DNA of 64,000 bases from an uncultured Verrucomicrobiae bacterium (GCA_963707025.1 CAVPOM010000012.1:288001-352000), one strand, 5' to 3'. Shown: positions 1-11,628, counted from the stretch's first letter. Notes: generated from the letters alone by a model not told the origin. Program-made: numbers and translations.

Positions 1-1250
1 TCCCTCTCCTGGTCGGACCCGGGCGTAGATTAATGTGGGGCCGAGGAAGAGGCCGGCCTGCACCCAAGGCGTCAGGGCATGATCGGTGGTGTGAGTGATT
101 GCCAGCAAAGAGTCCACCGTCAGCAACGCACAGCCAAGCTGCCAAACCGGCGCTCCACGAACAGCCGATTCATAAAATCTCCGCATGAAGTACCCGATAA
201 CAAAGAATTCAAGACAGCCGAAGTACCAAAATGAGGCAAAAGCGTCGGTTATACCACCCGTTGTAGTACCCAGGGCAGCTTCATACCCGGACGCCCGCTC
301 AGCGTTTGCGCCAAGGTGGAGCAAGCCTCCTAATGACATTAGATTCTCCTTCGCAGACCTGCCGAAAATCTGCGCCGGAAAATTCCGAAATATCAATTGA
401 TTCCACTGGAACAATCCGAAGTCGTAAGCTCCCAAAGTTTCCGTTGCCGCAATGTAGTAAACCGCGTTTCGCATCTCCGTCCCTTTGTCCGTGACCTCCT
501 TCATCTGTTCTAATTCCGACAGATTCGCCCCTTTGCCGCCACCGAACAAGCTGGCATCATGCATCGCAGACCTATAAACGGAGATGTTGTAAGAGACAAA
601 GGCTCCGCCTAAAATTGCGCAGACGACAACAGCCCTTGGGGGAACCCTTTTCCAAATAAACCATGCCAGCGTTCCTATGATGAGTCCAAACTGCATGCCG
701 GTTCCCTTCGGCTGGCGAAAACTATGCTGTGAAAGTAGCTTAATGCGCCTATGCCAGCGACTGCCAAAATCCACCATGAGAAACGCCGAAGAATCAGAAG
801 AACCGAAAGCGCGAAGCCAAAATTGATGGATTGCGCAAAAAACACATACATAACCGGCGTCCCTGTCCACGCACCGCTTTGCAGGAGTTCCTCTGGAATT
901 TGAGAAAGTTTATACTGGAACACCAAGCCAATTACTGTCATAACAAAAGCCGCGCGAATGAGCCGGTCACGGTCGAAACTCCAGTTGAGTTTCTGAATCG
1001 GCCGAGCTCCCTTTTCATAACCGAAATAGCACATCCCGCTGCACAAGATCGTCATGACGAGCGCCTTGTTTAACATGGCGTCAGCCACAACGGCGGAAGC
1101 ATGAAGCTCATAGAATTGCGGCCAAGCCCAGAGCGCGAAAACACAGCCGGCCAGAAACGGGAACTGGTAAACGCGCGACGGCCTCCACAGCCCCCATAGA
1201 ATCAGCAGGCTGAGTTCGCCGATTAGGAGATACAACAGGATATCAGTCAT
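1..1250 (-). CDS. Putative Wzy-type polysaccharide polymerase (multi-TM membrane protein); frameshifted at ~705, runs off the window start
   Basis: ORF 675..1382 from MTDILLYLL (ATG 1250) is strongly hydrophobic. Adding one G in the run at 704-706 joins it to an open frame (TGMQFGLIIGTLAW...GTTTGGITDAFASFWYFG) that continues to base 1. Located in a Wzx/Wzc cluster. Confidence 0.6.
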
Positions 1251-1312
1251 GGTCGGCGGCCTTCTTCCTTGGGGACGCCACAAAGCTTTCATTCCGATTA
1301 TAACATGAGGGT

Positions 1313-2482
1313 TTAACAGGCGGAGCCTCTTGAAGTTGTGCGTTGGATCCCCATGCAAAGCCGGTCTATGCAGCTCTCCCAAGAGTAATGCCTTGCCCTG
1401 TCCCGCCCTTTAGCTGCCAGATGATGTCGAAGTTCCTTGTTCGCTTGAAGCCGGCCGATTTCCTCGATAATTTGTCCAGTGTCCGCTGGATTTACCAGGA
1501 TGCCAGAACCACCAAGGGTTTCTGGTATGGCACTGCTATTTGCGGCTATAACCGGCAAACCCGCTGCCATCGCTTCGACCAAGGGTATCCCAAATCCTTC
1601 GAGCCGTGACAAACATAACAGGGCCACTGCCTTTTGGTAATATGCAATCAATTCTCGCCGTGAGACATAACCCAACAAGACTACGTTGGCGAGACCGCGA
1701 GCCTCGGAGATGTACCTGGGATCTCCGTATAGCCCGGAAGTGCAAACGATCCGAATTGGAGACCCACGTCGCCTTAGCGCCTTCGCCAAGTCTAAAAGAT
1801 AATCACTTCCCTTTCGGATTTCCATAGCTCCGGTGCAAACCAAATATGGGGAGAAATCCGGGACCGGCGAATCGCAACAGTGATTGGCTCGGATGTCGAA
1901 ACAGTCTTCAGTTACACCGCCTCCAACGACCTGAATCGTTTCAGATGGAATGGCAAACGTGTTTATCACTTGCATTTTCGTGAAGGTAGATTGAGCCACG
2001 ATCAAATCTGCAGTTTGCAGGGCTTTGCGCAATCGGAAGTCCCGACGCCATTGCCTAAACGCCCTGCCCGAAAGCGCAGAGGTGGTGGCCCTTGGTTCCA
2101 GATGATGAACGGTGACGATACGTTTGCACCGTCGCGCCGGAACGTAGGTTTCCATTGAACAATATACCCAGCAATCGGACGGTATAAAGCGGTCTATCTC
2201 CGGAAGATCCATCCCCAGCCACAACGCTTCTCTCACAAGACGTTTCCAGGGGAGAGGCACCACCGGAATGCCTTCCAGCCCCAGTTCTGAAGGCATTGTC
2301 CCATCAGGTTCCAGCTCATCCGCCGAAGCAAGAAGACGCAACTCCACCGCTGATGTCCTCGCCAGAACTTTGACCATGTTTAGCGCGACCATTGAAACGC
2401 CGGTTGGCCTCCGCCACCCCGAAGGATAGATATAGGCGGCAATTTTGATTCTTGAACCCACGAATGCAGGAAGTTTTGTCAA
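1313..2482 (-). CDS. Glycosyltransferase family 4 (GT-B)
   Basis: EGFGIPLVEAMAAGLPV (E-x7-E) motif, 389 aa. Confidence 0.9.
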   Translation of the reverse strand: MTKLPAFVGSRIKIAAYIYPSGWRRPTGVSMVALNMVKVLARTSAVELRLLASADELEPDGTMPSELGLEGIPVVPLPWKRLVREALWLGMDLPEIDRFIPSDCWVYCSMETYVPARRCKRIVTVHHLEPRATTSALSGRAFRQWRRDFRLRKALQTADLIVAQSTFTKMQVINTFAIPSETIQVVGGGVTEDCFDIRANHCCDSPVPDFSPYLVCTGAMEIRKGSDYLLDLAKALRRRGSPIRIVCTSGLYGDPRYISEARGLANVVLLGYVSRRELIAYYQKAVALLCLSRLEGFGIPLVEAMAAGLPVIAANSSAIPETLGGSGILVNPADTGQIIEEIGRLQANKELRHHLAAKGRDRARHYSWESCIDRLCMGIQRTTSRGSAC

Positions 2483-3337
2483 GCTCGCAGCAAAAGCACA
2501 TTCCCCAAGGTGATGGCGGAGAATTCAAGGCATGACATTGGGGGGCCTACGGTGCCGTCCTGCGCCAAGGAGAACGGATGGTATCCCAAAACCAGGATTT
2601 TGTCGTAGAGGCCGGTTGTGCTAAAGCCTGCCTCGATGAGGTTTAGCGGACATACTTCAATCAAGATTGAATGGACAAGCTTGCTCGTAAGAAGCCGCAC
2701 CGCACCCTCCAGAACATTCGGCTCCATCCCTTCGACGTTGATTTTCAAGAAATCTATCCCGGTGATTCCATGCTTCTCACAATAGGAATCAAGGGATACC
2801 GTCTGAACCTGTTGAAATGAGACATCCGCCCGGTTACTGCCGCAGCTCTGTTGGGAGTGAATCCTATTTGTGCCTGGTGAGCGCGGATCGGACTTGAACA
2901 TCACCAACCCGGAGCCTTTGCCCACCGCCAGACAATTCAGAACACACCGCTCCGAAAGTGAGTTTGACACAACATTCCTTTTTAACCGAGAGTAAGTCTC
3001 TGGAATGGGCTCAAAGCTGTGAACCTGCACATTGCCAACGGACGCGAGATAGCAACTGAAAATTCCAATGTTTGCCCCGATATCAAACGCAACGCCTTGT
3101 GCGCCATCGCGAAGCAATGCTTGGCGCGCAAAGATTTGTTCGCTTCCCAAGATGCCGCTGTAGGTGGTATAGGTGTGATATTCGGAGAAATTGATCCATT
3201 CCCCGATGCGGACACCGGGGGCGATTTTGGTGTCGTGGAGACGCTCCCCGCGCTCGTGAAGCAAGCCAGACCATGTATGGTCGCAGCATCAATGGGTTCC
3301 TCAGGAGGGTCCGGGTATTGCTGATAATACTGGCCAT
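2479..3337 (-). CDS. FkbM-family SAM methyltransferase; frameshift near 3240
   Basis: FDIGANIG, SFEP and IDFLKINVEGME motifs; the N-terminus (MASIISNTRTLLRNP) lies in ORF 3083..3337 in another frame. Confidence 0.85.
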
Positions 3338-3482
3338 AAGCTTGAATTGATTTTGAGACCGGGCGCCTCGTCAGTATGCAGAATTGATGTGTGATCCCCT
3401 TCGCAGTGCCGCGATGTGACTCGTGGACCCCAACAAGACTCAAGTTTGCCCAATATTGGGATCATTACACATTGCCCAACCC

Positions 3483-4679
3483 TCAGTGCCAACAATCAGT
3501 GCGTTGCTCTAACGCAATGCCAACGCGTTGACAAAACTCATCCGCTCTGGCCCGCCATGTGTTTGCCGCGATGTAATTCCGGCGGCGTTCCAAATCCGGC
3601 GCCACTTTCAGCGCCAACGCCTCGGCCAGCAGCCAGCGGACTTCAGCTTTATCCCTGCCAATGCTGACAAAAGGCGCATGGTTGAATGCCTCGGCGATGG
3701 CGGTGCTGACAATAGGACGCTCAGTGGTCAAATAGTCATACAGCCGCAGCAAGGAACGCCTGTTATTGTGGTCGTTGACCAGCAGTGGGTTTATCAATAC
3801 ATCAAACTCTCTTAAATACGCTGGCAAATGATCATGCGGTTTGGGGCCAAGCCAGTGAACATTTGGGCGGGCGAAAACCGACGCGATGCGTTCCGATGCT
3901 GAAGTTGCTGGTTGCTTGAATCTCGGGCCAATGAATACGAAATGCGTGTTGGGAAAATGAACGCTAAGATGCTCGATCAACGCCCAGTCGTAAGCGCTGC
4001 TGTTGATCTGCCCCACACAACCCACTCTTGGCCCGGGCACGGATTGGAAATCTTTGACAGCAGCCGTCGCGCCCTCGACATTTGTATCTCCCGGCTGCCA
4101 CTGAGTTGCATTGGGCAGATAATGCACCGGTGTTGTGGCCATTCCCTTCAAATCTTCCACCAGCAGTCTTGCCACGCCAAAACCAATCGCGCAGTTACCG
4201 AGCAGCCGCCTCTCCAGGGAGATGATTTTGCTGCTATCCCAATCGTAGAATCGGTAGGGGTCGAAAGCGTAATATGCCTTTGTTACGCCCTGGAATTTCT
4301 CTGCAACCCTGGCGTACCACGGCAAGGTCAAAACAATTGCATCGGGCTGGCCAAAGCGATGAATCGCCTTTCTGATCTGCCCGCTCACCAGCCACGATGA
4401 AAACGCAAAGGCCTTGTGCCAACTGGGGATGGATACCCAGGTATCCTCCCACGATTCAGAAACCTTTTCGCTCCGGCCGGCTTTCTGCAACTGTCCGCGC
4501 CATCCCCTGGGAAATGAAAAGGCGTTGCGGACCCGAAAGCCATGAATCCTCACCTCCGGCGGCATGGCGTGGAGCAACGACCGAACCCATGAAGCCCCGG
4601 TATCCACAACAAAGAGATGGCGCCGACCGCAGCCCGAGGCGGTTTCAGCAAAGCGATGAGCGTTTTGCCTGCGCTTCAT
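3483..4679 (-). CDS. Glycosyltransferase (GT4/TuaH-like)
   Basis: NVHWLGPKPHDHLPAYLREFDV, LRLYDYL...PIVST and NTWRARA motifs. Confidence 0.8.
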   Translation of the reverse strand: MKRRQNAHRFAETASGCGRRHLFVVDTGASWVRSLLHAMPPEVRIHGFRVRNAFSFPRGWRGQLQKAGRSEKVSESWEDTWVSIPSWHKAFAFSSWLVSGQIRKAIHRFGQPDAIVLTLPWYARVAEKFQGVTKAYYAFDPYRFYDWDSSKIISLERRLLGNCAIGFGVARLLVEDLKGMATTPVHYLPNATQWQPGDTNVEGATAAVKDFQSVPGPRVGCVGQINSSAYDWALIEHLSVHFPNTHFVFIGPRFKQPATSASERIASVFARPNVHWLGPKPHDHLPAYLREFDVLINPLLVNDHNNRRSLLRLYDYLTTERPIVSTAIAEAFNHAPFVSIGRDKAEVRWLLAEALALKVAPDLERRRNYIAANTWRARADEFCQRVGIALEQRTDCWH

Positions 4680-6079
4680 AAGGGATCCCGCAGCCCGGAC
4701 TTATGCGAAGCCCGGACTTGTGTGTTTGACCAAATATGCCTCTGGGCAAACCCAAAAACCAAGGCTGCATTAGCGACGTAGGCCAAACAGCGGGCTGAAG
4801 TCAACCCAAGCGATCCCCACCCCAACATGGCAAAGGTGAGGCCAAAATAGAGAACTCCGTAACTAACGTAAGTCATGAACATAAACCACATGCGGCCAGA
4901 GGCGGTGATGGCCTGAAAGATGGGGCTTTGCAAGGCAAGGATTCCAGCGGTTAGCACGGTTACCACCAACGTCGGCCAACCCTCGCGAAATCCAGGCCCG
5001 TAGAAGGACATGATAAACGGACTGAAACAGGCTATGAATAACGTGACTGGGATCACAGCGATTGCATTGGCTTTAATTGCCAACACAACGATTTTCTTCC
5101 GGCTGTCGCCTCCCGCCTCGCCAACCTGCGACGAAAGCAGCGGCAAAATCACCTGCCCAAGAACAGTTGGCAGAAATGAAACGGCGTTAAACCAACTCAG
5201 TGTGACATTGAAAACACCCATCTCCGAGTAACCATGCGGGCGATTGACCAGCAACGCGCCGCACGCCCAATTCACCGGGCCGAAAATGACGTTGCAGAGC
5301 ACGCTGGGCATGCTGAATCGCCATAACACACCCCATTGCCCCGGTTGGAGTTTTGCGGAAAACGGGACGCCCGCCGCCGCTGCTTCCCGCCGGAGGGCCA
5401 AATGGCTGAACAGGCAATTGACGGCCACGCTGCCAACCAACCCCCACACCGCCCCCATTAAACCGAACCATCGGGCGCCCCCAACCATCAAAGGAAAGCT
5501 CAACAGCCCGCAGACGAGATTCACCCGCGCAATCGTTTTGAAGGCTTCAAAGCCCGCCAAAGCTCCGGTTTGCGCGCCATTTACTGACCCGATAAGTAAC
5601 AGGACGGAGCCAACCCGGATCATTCCGGTCAGGTGAGGCGCCGCCAGCGTATGCCGGGCAAACCAGGGAGCGAGGACCAACATCGCCAGCATCATGGCGG
5701 CGCCGCTCGTCCAGGAGACGGAAGCCGAAAGACTCAGCATGGCGCCCGCGCGCTGCGGATCTTTGGTCCGGTATTCGGCGACAAACTTGGTCGCGGTCAA
5801 GCCCATGCCCAGACCGGCAAACGTGCTAAAAATTCCAACCGTACTTTGGATGATCCCCAACTCACCCATGCCCACCTTGCCCAACATTCGCGCGACGCAA
5901 ATTGAAGCAACAACACTAAGCGAGCGGGAAAGCACCGTTCCAATCAGCGACCAAAATGCGCCCTTCGCCAGGCGGTAGCCCATGGGCGAGGACTTGATGC
6001 GCTCGACCAGCGGCAGGAAACGCCGTGGCGTCCACTGCGACAATCGGTCGCTTATACTTACTGTGGCATCGTCAGCCAT
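4676..6079 (-). CDS. wzx: Wzx oligosaccharide flippase
   Basis: 467 aa with many TM segments; ARMLG...G and GLGMGLTATKFVAEY MOP-flippase signature. Confidence 0.85.
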   Translation of the reverse strand: MADDATVSISDRLSQWTPRRFLPLVERIKSSPMGYRLAKGAFWSLIGTVLSRSLSVVASICVARMLGKVGMGELGIIQSTVGIFSTFAGLGMGLTATKFVAEYRTKDPQRAGAMLSLSASVSWTSGAAMMLAMLVLAPWFARHTLAAPHLTGMIRVGSVLLLIGSVNGAQTGALAGFEAFKTIARVNLVCGLLSFPLMVGGARWFGLMGAVWGLVGSVAVNCLFSHLALRREAAAAGVPFSAKLQPGQWGVLWRFSMPSVLCNVIFGPVNWACGALLVNRPHGYSEMGVFNVTLSWFNAVSFLPTVLGQVILPLLSSQVGEAGGDSRKKIVVLAIKANAIAVIPVTLFIACFSPFIMSFYGPGFREGWPTLVVTVLTAGILALQSPIFQAITASGRMWFMFMTYVSYGVLYFGLTFAMLGWGSLGLTSARCLAYVANAALVFGFAQRHIWSNTQVRASHKSGLRDPL

Positions 6080-6158
6080 TAATCATGCGGGCTGGAATTC
6101 CCCTGAAATCTTTGCCAGCCGAAATCGGCGGCGCCATCAGACTCGAGGAAGCCAGACA

Positions 6159-7554
6159 TCAGAGAGCAGGGTTCAGGGACCGGCGCCCGAAATGTTTTTG
6201 GATGATTTCGACGAGGCGTTTCCCATAGGCATCTACAGAATAGGCATTGACTGCCTGGCGGCAAAAGGGCGCCATTTCTTGTGACAAACCAGGATTATGC
6301 ATGAATCGCAGGATGGCGTCTGCCAGAGCTTGTGGGTCACGGGGCGGGATGATGAAGCCGGTTTTGCCTTCCTGCACAACGCGCCCGCAATTGGGGGTAA
6401 CGATTACGGGCAGGCCATGCGCCAGCGCTTCCAATTGTGTGAGCGCAAATCCATCGGAGAGCGTCGGCAGAACGAACACGTCGCTTTGCCGATACCACCG
6501 CGCCGCGCGGTCGCGGCTGACAGGCCCGTGAAAGGTCATGTTTCCTGGGACCGAAGCCACCGCTTGCGGGAGAATTCCGATCGGCCCTACTACATCAAAG
6601 TGAATTCTCTCCCGCGCCACCAATCGCGCCGCCTCCATCAAATGATGGACGCCCTTCCCGACATTTACTTGACCCAGCCACAGCACTTTCAGAGGTCGCA
6701 CGTCCTGGCTCAGTCGGCGGATATAGTTACAGGAAGAAATGCTGAAGGCTGTCTGGGAAACAGGCGGGGCCGTTTCAGCAGCCGGGGAAAGCTGAAATTC
6801 ATTTTCGTTTTCTTTTTTCCGGTTTCCGCCATCAGAATAGCGGGTTTCCGCTTTCAGCTTGTCAGCATTTGCGGCAAAGGCCAGTGGCAGGATTTCGATT
6901 TTGGATGGGTCGGCGCCATCCGCAATGATCGCCTCCCGGCTCCATTCGGAATTCACGACAATGATGTCTGCCAGCTTCCACTCACGACGGACGCGTGCCA
7001 GGTAGTCTTCGGGAAAAGTTTTGGCAGGGCCGGCTAATTCTGGATGCCGCGTCATCTCTTCCGCAACGATGCGAAGATGAGTCGGTCCCGAATCAATCTG
7101 GTCCAGCACCGTCAAGATGCCGCGTTTCTTTTCCGCCTCCAAGGCCTCCAGGCTCGCATAGGAATAGCCGAAAAAAACATCATGCGCCGGCAAATTCAAT
7201 TCTGCAAGCCGCCCGGGCAAATTCCGCATCCGTCTGCGCGTAGGCCTCGTAAGGACGCCCCCGGGCCGCCAGTTGGCGTTCACGCCATTTCCAGAGCAGG
7301 CTGCGGAATGGAAACGAGCGGACGATTTCGCGGGGAATTTCCCTGCACTCAGCCGCCCGTGCCGAAGCCGCGCGTTGTTTTCCCAAAAGATACAGCAAAC
7401 CCCGGGCGACCCCCGATTGCGGCGCATACCAGTCGGTGACCAGACCTGCCAGCATCCCATGCCGATGCAAAGCGCTGGCGGCGAGAAAGTGCTCGCGCGA
7501 ACCTTTTTGAACAACAATGACTTGCAAAGGCGGGAAAAAAGGACCGGGAACCAC
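6159..7554 (-). CDS. Glycosyltransferase family 4; frameshift ~7213; carries a low-complexity in-frame insert
   Basis: DVFVLPTLSDGFALTQLEALAHGLPV motif; the N-terminus (QVIVVQKGSREHF) is in ORF 7180..7554. Confidence 0.8.
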
Positions 7555-7561
7555 GGACTGC

Positions 7562-7720
7562 GGACATTTTTAAAAACTGAAGGCTAAAACACTGAAATCC
7601 GAAATCCACCTCAGGACCAAAACCGGAGATTTGGAAAACGGCAAGCGGGAAACAACAACTTGAAAGCGAAAAGCCGATATCAGTTTTGCTTTCGCATTTT
7701 CTGCTTTCTGCTTTTCCCCA
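7562..7720. repeat. Degenerate heptamer repeat cluster (AAAGCTG/TTTCTGC-like, inverted arrangement)
   Basis: aaaactgaaggctaaaacactgaaatccgaaat ... ttttgctttcgcattttctgctttctgctttt. Confidence 0.5.
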
Positions 7721-7722
7721 TG

Positions 7723-8388
7723 TCAGTACTTGAGATGGTAGTAGAGCGACTTGATGAATTCGTTCTGAAAGGCAACCAGTCCCTCCTCGTGCTGCCACCA
7801 GTTGGTTAGTCCATACTCTTTCTGTTGGATGGCGTGGACATGAACTTGCACGCCGGTGCCTTCCAATTCCTTTTGAAAAATCCAGCGGGCGCGGCGGGTA
7901 TGCGAGAGGTCGGTGGCGAGCAAAATGGACTTCGCACTATTGGTTGCAAGCCAGGCGCGAACCGCCCGGGCTTCGTCGTAGGTGGTGGCAACGCCATTGC
8001 CGACAGCCGCGATCGCTGTGTCTGGAACATCGTTGCTGAGAAGGACCCGGCGGGTGAACTCCTTCTCTGAAAGCACCAGCCCTTGCCTGGCCGCCTGGCT
8101 GGGTTTGACATCCATGTAAAGGATGAGGGGCGCGATGCCGGCATGGTAAAGCCGCGCGGCTTCATACGGTCGAAGCTCGGGCTTGCCGCCCAGGACCACA
8201 ATCGCATCCGCCTTCGCCGGGGGATCGTTTACGACCCATGCCTGGGCCACACCGGTGAGCAAGGGTGCGCGAAAGACATAGCAAACCAGAAGCAGGGCGC
8301 AGCCGGACGCCAGTAACCAGGCGGACTGGCGGAGCCGAGGGTGGCGTTTGCCGGCAATCGTGGCGGGCGGCGGGACAAGCGAGGGCAT
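7723..8388 (-). CDS. YdcF/ElyC (DUF218) family protein
   Basis: N-terminal TM; ADAIVVLGG, TYDEA and ILLATDLSHTRRA motifs. Confidence 0.85.
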   Translation of the reverse strand: MPSLVPPPATIAGKRHPRLRQSAWLLASGCALLLVCYVFRAPLLTGVAQAWVVNDPPAKADAIVVLGGKPELRPYEAARLYHAGIAPLILYMDVKPSQAARQGLVLSEKEFTRRVLLSNDVPDTAIAAVGNGVATTYDEARAVRAWLATNSAKSILLATDLSHTRRARWIFQKELEGTGVQVHVHAIQQKEYGLTNWWQHEEGLVAFQNEFIKSLYYHLKY

Positions 8389-8618
8389 GCGGTCGGAGGC
8401 CAGAGGCCACAGGTCAGAGAACGACAGACTTCGTCCCCGTCAATTCGCAGGCGCCCATCTGTTTGGCGCTACGATCTACTGATGGCCAGCCGTCTGTTTC
8501 CATGGAATATGTGGACGGAGTTTGGGGCGGATGATGCGCCTTTAACTCTCAAATCCACCGGTCTTTTCTTGCTCCACCAACTCAATGCTCGATTTCAAAA
8601 AATACCTCAGCCTCTTCC

Positions 8619-10772
8619 TCAGGCGATCTTGGCGGAGGTCTTGTCCTGCGCAAATTTGTCATAGTAATAGCTGCGCGCCGAGGCGTCGGCCCCGTTAAAA
8701 ACCACGCCCAGCACCCTGGCTTGCCGCTGGGCCAGCAGGTCGAGTGCTTCGCTCACCGCGCGAGCGCTGGAATGGCCCCGGCGCACGACGAACAGCGTGC
8801 CGTCCACCTTCGGCGCCAGACAACTGGCGTCGTCCGCGGCGAAGAGCGGGCTGCTGTCAATCACCACGTAATCAAATTCCCGGCGCCATCGCGCCAAAAC
8901 CTGATCGAGGCCGGAACCGAGAAAAAGATCCCCCGGATTGCCGGGGTTGGATCCGCGGGAAACAAACGCAAAATTTGGCAAGGAGTCTCGCTGAATAACC
9001 TTGTCCGCCTCGCACGCCTGGCGCAGCAGTTCCGCCAATCCCGGTTCGCCCTGCATCTTCAGCAAACGATGCAGGCCGCCCCGGCGCAGGTCGCCATCCA
9101 CCAGCAGCACGCGGGAACCGGAGAGAACCAGGGCGCGGGCCAGGTTTGCCGCCACGGTGGATTTCCCCTCGCCGGGCATGGCGCTGGTGATCAACAGGAC
9201 TTTGGGCCGCTCCCCCCCGGTTGCCAGAAAGAGCAGGCCGGATCGAAGACGGCGAAAGGATTCGGCGTAACCGTGCCGGGAGTCGTCCGACTCCAGCAGG
9301 CGCATGGGGTCCTTGCCCTTGCGGGTCACTTCCGGCAGCAGCCCGACAACGGCATCTCCGAGAGTGGAATTTACTTCGGTTGCGGAGGTGAAACGGTCAT
9401 CGCGCTTTTCGATCAGGAAAACGATTCCGGCGCCAAGTGCCAGCCCGCCGAAGAGGGCCAGGGCGCCGGCCTTGATCCATTGACTGTAAGTGCGTTTTGC
9501 GGGAGATGCCGGCTCCAGGATGGCCAGGGTTTCGAGGTCTGTGTTCCGGGTGATATCCACATTCTGCAGAAGGGTCGCCAGCCGGTCATACAGGCTTTGG
9601 GAGCGAGTCACATTCTGCTTCAGGCGCTCCGCTTCGGCAATGCGGCTGCTGGACTCCGTCACCTTGCCTTCCCAATCTTTGATGGAGGCCAGGACGTTGG
9701 TCATCTTCATGTTGACGGCCTCTTGGGAAGCCAGCAGTTGATCGTGGTTTTGACCGCGAAACAGTTCGATGAGTTTCTCGCCGCGAGCGATTTCCGCATC
9801 CAGAGCGGCTATTTTGGGATGTTTGGGCCGGAGATATTTGCTCAATTTCTCCCGCTGAATTTTGAGAAGCTCCACTTCCTGATAGGGCGTCAACTGCGCA
9901 CTGTTGGCGGCAGACGGGCCGGTTGCACCCAGGTTTTTGATGAGGTCAACCGGGTCCCGGCCGCTGGAGTTGATTGCTGGCATGTCCCCCTTCTGCTCCA
10001 CGGCAATGGCCTTGAGCAGTTGAGATTGCAGTTGCAGATCGGAAAGGTCCGTTTGCAGTTTTTCCAGATACCCCCCGGCGATGGTGCCCTCCTCCTGCAA
10101 AATGGCCAAATTATTCGTGCGTTGGAAGACGGTGAGTTCGTCCTGGGCGGACTTCAGATCCCTTTCCAAAGCCTCGACTTGCGCCGAGATGGAAGCGGCG
10201 GTCTCGCCTGAAACCAATTTACGAACCGTCTTCTTGTACTCCAGGTAGCCACTCATGAGAGCATCCAGATAGTTTTGGCTAAAGGCTGGATCCGCGCTGC
10301 TGGCGGTAATGACAAAGACCGTGCTCTTGGGGGCCTCTTTGAAGTTGAGGGTGGCTTGCAGCGCAAGACCATCTTTGCCCAGCGGGACGCCGTTGCTGCC
10401 GGAGGCGCGCAAACGTTCCAGGGCCGCCTGCCCCATCCGGGCGCTCTTCAGCAGTTCGATTTGAGTGCCGATATAAGTCGTTGCATCCTCCGTGAAAAGA
10501 GCGCCTTCAGACAAATGAAGTTTCTCGGTTTCCCACATGGCGGCGGAGGAAACGTAAACCGGGGGCGTCCACACCATGAAGCCGATGGCCGCCCCGCTGG
10601 CCAGCAACAGGGTGAGGACCGGAACCCACCAATACTTCCGGAGAAAAACAAAAAATCTTTGCGCGCCGCCGGACGAACCGCCCGCGCCGTAATCGTCCAA
10701 CGGACCCGGGGATGAATCGTCCCGGCTCGGAGGCATTGGCGGCGTTGGCGGTATGGGAGAGGAGGCTTGCAC
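8619..10772 (-). CDS. wzc: Wzc-type polysaccharide co-polymerase/tyrosine autokinase
   Basis: Two TMs, coiled-coil periplasmic part, Walker A AMPGEGKS, VLLVDGDLRR, VVIDSSP, C-terminal YYY. Confidence 0.92.
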   Translation of the reverse strand: MQASSPIPPTPPMPPSRDDSSPGPLDDYGAGGSSGGAQRFFVFLRKYWWVPVLTLLLASGAAIGFMVWTPPVYVSSAAMWETEKLHLSEGALFTEDATTYIGTQIELLKSARMGQAALERLRASGSNGVPLGKDGLALQATLNFKEAPKSTVFVITASSADPAFSQNYLDALMSGYLEYKKTVRKLVSGETAASISAQVEALERDLKSAQDELTVFQRTNNLAILQEEGTIAGGYLEKLQTDLSDLQLQSQLLKAIAVEQKGDMPAINSSGRDPVDLIKNLGATGPSAANSAQLTPYQEVELLKIQREKLSKYLRPKHPKIAALDAEIARGEKLIELFRGQNHDQLLASQEAVNMKMTNVLASIKDWEGKVTESSSRIAEAERLKQNVTRSQSLYDRLATLLQNVDITRNTDLETLAILEPASPAKRTYSQWIKAGALALFGGLALGAGIVFLIEKRDDRFTSATEVNSTLGDAVVGLLPEVTRKGKDPMRLLESDDSRHGYAESFRRLRSGLLFLATGGERPKVLLITSAMPGEGKSTVAANLARALVLSGSRVLLVDGDLRRGGLHRLLKMQGEPGLAELLRQACEADKVIQRDSLPNFAFVSRGSNPGNPGDLFLGSGLDQVLARWRREFDYVVIDSSPLFAADDASCLAPKVDGTLFVVRRGHSSARAVSEALDLLAQRQARVLGVVFNGADASARSYYYDKFAQDKTSAKIA

Positions 10773-10785
10773 GGCGGAAAATTAA

Positions 10786-11628
10786 TCAGAATCGGATCAG
10801 ACGATCAGGCACATAGATGAGATCGCCGGATTCCAGGATCAAATCCGTCTCGATCTTGCCTTTGTCAAAAATCTCTCCCACGTCCACGGTGAATGTTTTT
10901 TTGTCGGCTTTGCCCGCAGGCGCTTTGTCCGCGGCGACTTTTCGCGTGACTTTCACATGGCGCCGGTCTGCATAATCGGTGAAGTCCCCCGCGCGCAGAA
11001 CCGCTTTGCTCAGGGTGAGGACCTCGTCGCCCGGAAGCTCCACCGGGCCAGGCAATCGCACCGCGCCCACCAAATAGACCCGGCCGTGGCTCTTGGTCAT
11101 TAGATCAACCGCGAGGATCACCGTGGCCTGGTAGTAGTATTCCTTTTCCAGCTCGGTTTTGATTTCCGCCGCCAACTGCCGGCAGGTTTTGTTTTCCGCG
11201 GGAACCCGCCCGATATACGGCACTTCAAGGTCTCCGGAGTCGGTGACAAAGAGCGGCTTGGGATCTTCCTCGTCTTCCACTATCCGAAAACTCAGGCGGT
11301 CGCCAATCGTCAGCTTGTGTTTGTCGTCCAGAACAGCCGCGGAGTTGGTCGCGGCGGTTTGGGACGGGTTTGTTGCCGTGGCCGCCGTGTCGCGGATGGG
11401 ACCGGGCGCGGGCCTGTTCGTTCCCGCTTGGGGCGCAACGGGCATGGCCTTGGCCGGCGCTTCGGTCATGGACTCTGTCGCCACGGCGTTGCTCTGTGGG
11501 GCGGCAGGAGTCGGTTCGCCAGCCCACGCCGCGGCGTTCAACCACAGCAAGACGGAGATGCATCCGAGCCTGACCATCGCCCGAACGGGCCTCGTTAAGT
11601 ATTGAATGCCGGCTGAGATGAGGTTCAT
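10786..11628 (-). CDS. wza: Wza-like polysaccharide export protein (Poly_export + SLBB)
   Basis: Signal peptide, IGDRLSF, VYLVGAVRLPG, LESGDLIYVP. Confidence 0.85.
   Translation of the reverse strand: MNLISAGIQYLTRPVRAMVRLGCISVLLWLNAAAWAGEPTPAAPQSNAVATESMTEAPAKAMPVAPQAGTNRPAPGPIRDTAATATNPSQTAATNSAAVLDDKHKLTIGDRLSFRIVEDEEDPKPLFVTDSGDLEVPYIGRVPAENKTCRQLAAEIKTELEKEYYYQATVILAVDLMTKSHGRVYLVGAVRLPGPVELPGDEVLTLSKAVLRAGDFTDYADRRHVKVTRKVAADKAPAGKADKKTFTVDVGEIFDKGKIETDLILESGDLIYVPDRLIRF

Noticed and set aside
8721..10211. Long antisense ORFs (also 22233-23315, 23534-24787, 28606-30219, 45559-46896)
   Set aside because: Shadow frames of high-GC genes that have clear motifs on the opposite strand
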